Virus record (IMG/VR): IMGVR_UViG_3300046171_000271
Direction: 5' to 3' (one strand)
Length of the DNA stretch: 64,000 bases
Source: a virus
Taxonomy: Duplodnaviria > Caudoviricetes
Made by a program: the position numbers and the translations under genes. Below the pieces are notes generated by a model. That model searched no databases. It was not told where the DNA came from and saw only the letters and a list, made by a program, of their open reading frames with translations. Positions 24,999-35,300 of the stretch are shown here, piece after piece. Each line of letters begins with the position of its first letter. Position 1 is the stretch's first letter.

Positions 24999-26309
24999 AT
25001 GGCTGATCCTAATATTAGGATAAAACGTTCAGCTGTTCCTGGAAAAAAACCAACGGTTGAACAACTCCCGTTGGGGGAACTTGGACTTAATACTTACGAC
25101 GCTCAGTTATTCGCGCAAGTGAATACTAGTGGCGTTGGAATAGGCACTACGATCATATCTCTGACTCCTTGGAAAGAGACTTTTGGTGCGGAGTCAATAT
25201 TCTACAATAATTCTGTTGGTATTGGCACAGATAATGCCACAGAAAATCTTACTGTTTTAGGAAATGCATCTGTAAGTGCAGGAGTAACAGTAGGGGGAAA
25301 TCTTTCAGCAGAAAGTGATTTATATGTAGATAATATTCGTCGATTTACTGATAATAGCACTAATACAAAGATCTCTCTAGAAAGTGGCAGAGTAAAGATC
25401 TTTGCTGGTAATGGAACTGTTCCAAAAATTAATGTAAATGGCGGAGTTGGTATCAATACTAGTATTAACATTACTGGTATTGCAACATTTAAACAAACTG
25501 TTAACATTGAAGGTGATCTCAATGTTACTGGTGATATTGTTTATGATGAAATTAGTGGTAGAAATTTAAATATAGCGGGAATATCCACATTTGATGGAAT
25601 TATAAATTTCGGCGCATCAAGTGCAATTAGTATCGGGGGAACAACAGGAACTAATGGGCAGTATTTACAGTCTACAGGTACTGGAGTTACTTGGGCATCA
25701 GCTTCATCAATAAGAAGTGATAATACTTATACTGCTACCACAGGGCAGACAACAATCACTCAAGCATATACTGCTGGACTGATTGATGTTTTTGTAAATG
25801 GAGTAAGACTTCATTCTTCAGAATATGTTGCTTCAAATGGAACATCTATTGTCCTTAATGAAGCATTATTTGGTGGCGAATCAATAGATGTTATTTCATA
25901 TACTGCATCTGGTTCTGTAAGTAGTGTTCCAGAAAATGACACATTGGACGCAGTTACGGATAGAGGTAATGACACAACAAATGATATAAACGTAGGAATA
26001 TTAACTTCTAAATCAGGTGTCTATGTAGATGCAATAAGAAGATATACTGATAATAGTACGAATACAAAAATAACTCTTGAGTCTGGCAGACTCAAATTAT
26101 TTGCCGGAAATGGAACAACGCCAAAAATTAATATAAATGGTGGTGTTGGTATTAATACCAGTTTGAACGTAGTTGGTATTTCTACTTTTAATCAAGATGT
26201 TAATGTTGGATCTGATCAATCTACAGGTATAGTTTTAACATCACCAAACGGAACCAAGTATAGACTAATCGTCGATAATTTGGGCAATTTATCGACAACA
26301 GCAGTGTAG
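24999..26309 (+). CDS. 436-aa tail-fibre/adaptor protein
   Basis: N-term IRIKRS...LPLGELGLNTYD; duplicated ~54-aa segment; YTATTGQTT...DVFVNGVRL domain; C-term LTSPNGTKYRLIVDNLGNLSTT. Confidence 0.8.
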   Translation: MADPNIRIKRSAVPGKKPTVEQLPLGELGLNTYDAQLFAQVNTSGVGIGTTIISLTPWKETFGAESIFYNNSVGIGTDNATENLTVLGNASVSAGVTVGGNLSAESDLYVDNIRRFTDNSTNTKISLESGRVKIFAGNGTVPKINVNGGVGINTSINITGIATFKQTVNIEGDLNVTGDIVYDEISGRNLNIAGISTFDGIINFGASSAISIGGTTGTNGQYLQSTGTGVTWASASSIRSDNTYTATTGQTTITQAYTAGLIDVFVNGVRLHSSEYVASNGTSIVLNEALFGGESIDVISYTASGSVSSVPENDTLDAVTDRGNDTTNDINVGILTSKSGVYVDAIRRYTDNSTNTKITLESGRLKLFAGNGTTPKININGGVGINTSLNVVGISTFNQDVNVGSDQSTGIVLTSPNGTKYRLIVDNLGNLSTTAV

Positions 26310-26315
26310 TATTTC

Positions 26316-26321
26316 TAAATA
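26316..26321 (+). promoter_or_regulatory. Late promoter (giant fibre)
   Basis: CTAAATA, intergenic. Confidence 0.72.
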
Positions 26322-26386
26322 TTAACATACAATCCTAGTAGTAACGAAAATGGATTGTAGAACGTTCTACGCATAAAAAAGCAAAA

Positions 26387-29300
26387 ATGGCATTTAATAG
26401 AGAACTTTCGCAATTTGCGAATTATCTCGCCTTAGATGCTTCTGCTAGGTATATTGGCATTACAACTGCCGTTGACGCTAATGTAGGTATTGGTTCCGTT
26501 ACACCAAAATCTAAATTAGACGTTACGGGAGATGCTATTGTTTCTGGTGTCACAACCTCCACTGGAGGATTTGTTGGCAACTTAACAGGTACAGCATCTA
26601 ATGCCACACAAGCAGAAGGATTAACAGGCACTCCAAACGTGACTGTAAATACAGTCACCGCTGCTCATATTAATAATACAGGTGTTATTACTGCATCTGG
26701 TGGATTTGTTGGCGACATTGCAGGAGACGTAACAGCCGGAACTGTTACTGCTTCTACTTCACTGTCAGCAAGCACAATTAATGAGAGTTCAACAAACGCT
26801 GGTATCACTTTTGGACATGAAGTTTTAGGTGGTAATGCTACTTTCTCTGGTACAAGTACCCTTGGAACTGTTGACATTAACGGTGGTGCAATTGATGGTA
26901 CGGCGATTGGTGGAGCAACTCCATCTACTGGTGCATTTACAACAATCAATTCCTCGCACATTAACAGCACTGGTGTTGTTACCGCTGTCAGTTTCAGTGG
27001 TGATGGTTCTGGACTGACTGGTGTTGCGTCCACTGACAATATTCAAACTACAACTCCCGCTAGATTCTTAAATAATGTTCTTATTACAGGAATCGCTACA
27101 GTTGGTGTTGTAACAGGCGGCACATCAGTTTCTGCAACAAACATCTATGGAACTCATAATGGTTCTGTAATTGGTAATGTAACTGGTAATGTAACTGGCA
27201 ACGCTGATACAGCAACTGCTCTTCAGAACGCTAGGACTATCGGTGGAGTTTCCTTTGATGGTTCAGCAAACATCAACTTACCTGGCGTTAACGCAACAGG
27301 TAATCAAGATACCTCAGGTAATGCTGCCACAGCAACTACTCTTGAAACCGCTAGAACAATCGGTGGTGTTTCTTTTGATGGTTCTGCAGATATCAATCTG
27401 CCTGGTGTAAACCAAGCTGGTAATCAGAATACAAGTGGAACTGCTGCTGGACTCAGTGGTACTCCCAACATTACAGTTAATGCTGTAACTTCATCACATA
27501 TTAACAGTTCTGGCATTATTACCGCTGTTAGTTTTACTGGTGATGGTTCCGGACTGACTGGTGTTGCCTCTACTGATAATATTCAGACTGCGACTCCAGC
27601 ACGTTTCTTAAATGATGTCCTGATCACTGGAATTACTACAGTTGGTGTTGTAACAGGCGGTACATCTTTGTCTGCTACAAACATTTATGGAACTCACAAT
27701 GGTAATGTAATCGGCAATGTAGTTGGTAACGTAACTGGTGATGTAACTGGTAACGCTGATACAGCAACTACTTTACAAACTGCCAGAAATATTGGTGGTG
27801 TAAGTTTTGATGGTTCTTCTAATATTAACTTACCAGGTGTTAACATTTCTGGTAATCAAGATACCTCTGGTAACGCTGCTACAGCAACTACTCTTGAAAC
27901 TGCACGTACTATTGGTGGTGTAAGTTTTGATGGTGGTGCTGATATTAACCTTCCTGGCGTAAACCAAACAGGTAATCAAGATACCTCAGGTAATGCTGCT
28001 ACCGCAACTACTCTTGAAACTGCACGTACTATTGGTGGAGTTTCTTTCAATGGTTCAGCAAATATTGATCTACCTGGTGTAAACACTGCAGGTAATCAGA
28101 ATACAAGTGGAACTGCTGCTGGACTCAGTGGTACTCCAGATGTAACTGTAAATGCAGTAACATCAGCACATATTAATAATTCTGGTGTAACTACCTCAAC
28201 AGGTGGATTTGTTGGAGATCTTACTGGTAATGCTGCTACAGCAACTACTCTTGAAACTGCACGTACTATTGGTGGTGTAAGTTTTGATGGTTCTGCAAAT
28301 ATTAACCTTCCTGGTGTAAACCAAGCAGGTAATCAAGATACCTCCGGTAATGCTGCTACAGCAACTACACTGGAAACATCTAGAACTTTAGCTCTTTCTG
28401 GAGATGCTACAGGTTCTGCTTCGTTTGATGGTTCTGCCAATGCCACTATCGCGGCAACTCTCGCTAATAGCGGTGTTTCTGCTGGATCATATGGTGGAGC
28501 TGCAGCAATTCCTGTACTTACCGTTGATGCCAAAGGACGTGTTACATCTGCAACTACAACTGCTGTTGGAAGTGGATTAACCGTAACTGGTGATACTGGT
28601 TCAGAAGACATTGATCTTCTTACTGAAGGTTTGGCTATTACTGGTAATGGCAATAATGTCATCACCACTGCTTCAGGAAATGCGGTTGATATTACTCTGA
28701 ATCCAAACGTTGCAATTACAGATCTTAGTGCATCTGGTGTTGTAACCGCCACTTCATTCAAAACTGGTGCTACTGGATCTGCAATCCAAGTAAATACTGC
28801 AACCATTACTGGCCCTTCATCAATCACAATTGATCCTGCCGCTATTGGTGACGCAACTGGAACAGTTCACATCCTCGGTAATCTTCAAGTTGAAGGTACT
28901 CAGACTGTTATTGACAGCACAACTGTCAATATTGCTGACAAAAATATTCAAGTAGCGACTGGTGCTGCTAATAATGCAGCTGCAGATGGTGCTGGTTTCA
29001 CTATCGACTCTGGAGAAGGAGATAAGACATTCCAGTATCAAGACACTGGAAGTAACTTTGCTTCTTCTGAAAACATGAATCTTGCCGATGGCAAGGTTTA
29101 TAAGATTGATAATACTGAAGTTCTGAGTGAAACTACTCTGGGATCAGGTGTTGTTAATTCTTCACTGACATCTGTTGGAACTCTTGATTCTCTTAACGTT
29201 GCTGGCGCACTGACTGCCGCCCATGTAAATGTTTCAGGTATTGTAACTGCAAGCAACTTCGTTGCAACGCAAGGTACAATGAATATTACCGGTGATGTTA

Positions 29301-32300
29301 CCGGTACAGCAACTACAGCAACTAATGCTCAAGGACTGACTGGAACTCCTAGTATTACAGTTAAAGATATTACAGGAACTGGCAATATTAATATTGCTGG
29401 AATTGTAACGGCATCTTCTTTTGTTGGAGATCTGACTGGAAATGTAACAGGTAATGCTGATAGTGCAACCTTAGCAACTGATGCTCAAGGACTGACTGGT
29501 ACACCTAGCATCACTGTTAATGCAGTTACATCTGCACATATCAATAATTCGGGTATTATCACTGCTGCTTCCTTCAGTGGTTCTGGTTCAGGATTGTCTG
29601 CAGGTACAACTCCTCTGACAACTTTGGATATTGATGGTGCCACAGATATTGGTGCTGATTTAGTAGATGGTGATCTGATCGTCGTCGATGATGGTGCTGG
29701 TGGCACTAATCGTAAGTCGGCAATGTCTCGCGTCAAGGAATATGTCCTTGGTGGTGGTTCTGGAGGAAACTTCTCACAAATCCGAGTAACTGGTATTTCC
29801 ACACTTGGACAAGCAACAGCAACTGGACTCGTAGTTTCTGGTGTTACTACCGCAACTGGTGGTATCGAAGGCAACTTAACAGGTGACGTAACTGGTAATG
29901 CTGATACTGCTACAACCCTTGAAACCGCTAGAACAATCGGTGGTGTTTCCTTTGATGGATCCGCTAACATCAACCTCCCTGGCGTAAACCAAGCAGGTAA
30001 TCAGAATACTTCTGGCAACGCTGCAACTGCTACAACACTTGAGACTGCTAGAACAATTGGTGGAGTTTCCTTCGATGGTTCTTCTAATATTAATCTTCCT
30101 GGTGTAAACCAAGCAGGTAATCAAGATACTTCCGGAAACGCTGCTACAGCAACTGCACTTCAAACCGGACGTAACTTCAGCGCATCTGGAGATGCTACCG
30201 CATCTAACGTTTCGTTTGATGGTACTGGTAACGTCGATCTTGCCCTTACTTTAGCAAATACTGGAGTTTCTGCAGGAACATTTGGTTCTGGATCTCAGGT
30301 ATCACAGATTACTGTTGATTCCAAAGGCAGAATTACTTCTGCTACTAACGTTGCTATTAGTACATCGCTTCAGGTTTCTGGCGGTTCAGGATCTGGTAGT
30401 GTTAACCTCTTGGTTGATGGACTGACATTCGTTGACGGAACATATGTTAACACCTCTGTTGCAGGTACATCCGTTACAATTGCACTTGATGCTGATTCAA
30501 ACAACACAGCTAGTCATCTGGTAGCAAGAGACAGTTCTGGTAACTTCTCTGCTGGTACTATTAGTGCTGCTTTAACTGGTAATGTAACCGGTAACGTAGT
30601 TGGTAATGTAACTGGAAATGTCGTCGGTGACTTAACCGGTGATGTAACTGGTAATGCTGATACAGCAACTGCACTTCAAACAGGAAGATCCTTTACTGTA
30701 ACTGGAGACGCCACAACTGATTCTGCTCAATCATTTGATGGAACAGGAAACGTTGCACTTCCAATCACTCTTGCTAACAGTGGTGTCACTGCAGCAACTT
30801 ATGGTGGTGCGGCTGCAGTTCCCATAATCACAGTTGATTCTAAAGGACGTATTACTTCCGCAACTACTACTGCCGTTGGTAGTGGATTAACAGTTGTTGG
30901 TGATAGTGGTTCCGAAGATATTGATCTTCTGACAGAGTCCTTAACAATCACAGGTGGAACTAACCTTACTTCATCTGCTGCAAGTAATGGCGTAACCTTA
31001 AATCTTGATAATGACATCTCAATCACAACTGCTGCTGTCTCTGGTGTCGTAACCGCTGGTGGTGGATTTGTTGGAGATCTTACTGGTAATGCTGCTACAG
31101 CAACTTTAGCAACTAATGCACAAGGATTAACTGGTACTCCTAGCGTAACTGTTAATGCAGTTACATCTGCACAGATTAACAATACTGGTGTTGTCACTGC
31201 ATCCGGTGGTTTTGTTGGAGATTTAACTGGCAATTCTTCCACAGCAACACAACTTGCAACAGCAAGAGACTTTACTCTTACTGGTGATGTTACAACTGAT
31301 TCTGCTCAATCATTTAATGGCACAGGAAACGTTGCTCTCCCAGTAACTCTTGCCAATAGTGGTGTTTCCGCAGCAACTTATGGTTCTGCTAGTGCAATTC
31401 CTGTACTTACCGTTGATTCCAAAGGACGTGTTACATCTGCAACTACTACCGCAGTTGGTAGTGGATTAACAGTTGTTGGTGACAGTGGTTCTGAAGATAT
31501 CAATCTTCTGTCAGAATCATTAACCATTTCTGGTGGTTCTAACCTCAATTCAAATGCTGCAAGTAATGGTGTCACTGTCAATCTGAATGATGACATTTCT
31601 ATCGCAACTGCTGCAGTTTCAGGTGTTGTAACTGCTTCTGGTGGATTTGTAGGTAACTTAACTGGTAATGTAACTGGCGATGCAAGTGGAAATGCTGGTA
31701 CAGCAACGGCACTGCAGACTGCTAGAACAATTGGTGGAGTTTCCTTCGATGGTACAGCAAACATTAACCTGCCTGGTGTAAACCAATCTGGTAATCAGGA
31801 TACCTCTGGTAATGCTGCTACCGCAACCTTAGCAACTAATGCTCAAGGATTAACTGGCACACCTAATGTAACTGTCAATTCAGTAACATCTACACATATC
31901 AATAATTCCGGTATTACTACCTCAACAGGTGGTTTTGTTGGAGAATTAACTGGAAATGTAGTTGGTAACGTAACAGGTGACGTAACTGGTAATGCTGACA
32001 CTGCATCTACTCTTGAAACCGCTAGAACAATCGGTGGTGTTTCTTTTGATGGTTCTGCAGATATCAATCTGCCTGGTGTAAACCAAGCTGGTAATCAGAA
32101 TACTTCTGGTAATGCTGCTACAGCAACTGCACTTCAAACTGCTAGAAATATCGGTGGTGTCAGTTTCGACGGTACATCAAATATTGATTTACCTGGTGTA
32201 AACACTGCTGGTAATCAGAATACTTCTGGTAACGCTGCAAGCGCAACTACATTGCAAAATGCAAGAACAATCGGTGGAGTTTCCTTCGATGGTTCAGCAA

Positions 32301-35300
32301 ATATTGATCTGCCTGGTGTTAATGCAACAGGTAACCAAGATACTTCTGGTAATGCTGCTACAGCAACTGCTTTAGCAACAGCTAGAAATATTGGTGGTGT
32401 AAGTTTTGATGGTACGGGTGATATCAATCTGCCTGGTGTTAATGCAACAGGTAACCAAGATACTTCTGGTAATGCTGCTACAGCAACTACACTGGAAACA
32501 TCTAGAACTTTAGCTCTTTCTGGAGATGCTACAGGTTCTGCTTCGTTCGATGGTTCTGCTAACGCAACAATTGCGGCAACTCTTGCTAATAGTGGAGTTT
32601 CTGCTGGATCATATGGTGGAGCTGCAGCAATTCCTGTACTTACCGTTGATGCCAAAGGACGTATCACTTCCGCAACTACTACCGCAGTTGGTAGCGGATT
32701 AACCGTAACTGGTGATACTGGTTCAGAAGACATTGATCTTCTTACTGAAGGTTTGGCTATTACCGGTGGAACTAACCTTACTTCATCTGCTGCAAGTAAT
32801 GGTGTTGAAGTCTCACTGAATCCTGATGTTTCTCTTACCAACTTAAATGCATCTGGTGTCGTAACCGCCACTTCATTCAAGACTGGTACTGAAGGTTCAT
32901 CGATTCACATCAATAGTGCAACGATTACTGGCCCTTCATCAATTACTCTTGATCCTGCTGGTATTGGTGATAACACTGGCGTTGTTCACATTCTTGGTGA
33001 TCTTCAAGTTGAAGGTACAACCACAACAATTGACAGCACAACTGTTAATATTGTTGATAAGAATATTCAGATTGCAACTGGTGCTGCTAACGATGCTGCC
33101 GCTGATGGTGGTGGTATTACAGTTGACTCCGGTGAAGGAGATAAGACATTCCAGTTTGAAGCAACTGGAGATAACTTCGGTTCTTCCGAAAACATGAATC
33201 TTGCCTCTGGTAAGGTATATAAGATTAATAACACAGAAGTTCTTAGTGCTACAACACTTGGATCTGCAGTTGTTAACTCTTCACTGACATCTGTCGGTAC
33301 ACTTGGTTCTCTGAATGTTTCTGGTGCGCTGACTGGTTCTCACATTAGTGCTTCTGGAATCGTTACTGCTGCTTCCTTCAGTGGTTCTGGTTCAGGATTG
33401 TCTGCAGGTACAACTCCTCTTACAACTCTGGATATTGATGGTGCAACTGACATTGGTGCAGATCTTTCTGATGGCGATTTAATCGTAGTCGATGATGGTG
33501 CTGGTGGCACTAATCGTAAGTCTGCGATGTCCCGCGTTAAGGAATATGTCCTTGGTGGTGGTTCTGGAGGTAACTTCGAGCAACTTAATGTAACTGGCAT
33601 TTCTACGCTTGGACAAGCAACAGCAACTGGACTTGTAGTTTCTGGTGTTACCACTGCAACTGGTGGTATCGAAGGCAACTTAACCGGTAACGTAACTGGT
33701 AATGCTGATAGCGCAACTGCTCTTCAGACAGCACGTAATATTGGTGGTGTTTCCTTTGATGGTACTGCTGATATCAACCTGCCTGGTGTAAACCAATCTG
33801 GTAATCAAGATACTTCAGGTAACTCTGCAACTGCTACAACACTTGAGACTGCTAGAACAATTGGTGGAGTTTCCTTCAATGGTTCAGCAAATATTGATTT
33901 ACCTGGTGTAAATACCGCTGGTAACCAAGATACCTCAGGTAATGCAGCTACAGCAACTGCTCTGGCAACCGCTAGAAACATCGGTGGTGTTTCTTTTGAT
34001 GGTACTGCTGATATCAACTTACCTGGTGTTAACGCAACTGGTAATCAAGATACCTCAGGTAACGCTGCAACTGCTACAACACTTGAGACTGCTAGAACAA
34101 TTGGTGGAGTTTCCTTCGATGGTTCTGCAAATATCAACTTACCTGGTGTTAACGCAACTGGTAACCAAGATACCTCTGGTAATGCAGCTACAGCAACTGC
34201 TCTGGCAACCTCTAGAACATTAGCAATTTCTGGTGATGCTACAGGTTCTGCCACGTTTGATGGTTCTGCTAATGCTACTATCGCAGCAACTCTTGCTAAC
34301 AGTGGTGTCGCTGCAGCAACATATGGTTCTACAACTGCAGTACCTGTACTTACAGTTGATGCTAAGGGACGTATCACTTCAGCGACTACAGCTTCTGTTG
34401 GAACTGCCTTAACAGTAACTGGTGATAGTGGTTCTGAAGATATCAATCTTCTTACTGAAGGTTTAGCGATCACAGGTGGAACGAATCTCACCTCTTCTGC
34501 TGCATCTAATGGTGTTGCTATTTCTCTTGATAATGACATCTCAATCACAACTGCTGCTGTCTCTGGTGTCGTAACCGCTGGTGGTGGATTTGTTGGAGAT
34601 GTTGCAGGAGATCTGACTGGTGATGTAACTTCTACAGGACTTATCAGTGCTGCCCACATCAACGCTTCTGGTGTTACTACCTCTACAGGTGGTTTCGTAG
34701 GAAATGTTCAAGGTAACATCAACTCCACAGGACTTTCTACAGTCACTAATCTGGAAGTTGGTGGTTATGTCTCCATCGGAGATACTCATGGACAGATGAA
34801 CCAAGTTATGGCATCTGTTGGTGCTGGTGTAACTTGGAGAGATATTGTTGATGTTCTGCCTCAAACCAGAACTACTCAGACATTTACAGCAACTGCTGGA
34901 CAAACTACGTTCTCATTTAATTACAATGTGAACTACCTTGACGTATTCGTCAATGGTGTAAAACTGTCTAGCACTGAACTGACTGCTACTAATGGAACCT
35001 CAGTTGTTATCAGTGAAGCTCTCTTCGCTGGCGACATTGTCGAATTCCATTCTTACAATACTGCTGGTACTGGATCTGGTAGTGTTTCTAGTGCTAATGA
35101 TCTGACTGATATCACTTTATCAAGTGCATCAAATAACGATATTCTCGTTTATAACGGATCGGCATTCGTTAATCAACAGTCTCTGAACCTTTCTGGTAAT
35201 ATTGCTGCTGCAGATCTTACTCTGTCTGGCAACTTAACAGTTAACGGAACACAGACAGTTCTTAACACTGCTACTCTTAATGTTGAAGATCTGAACATCA

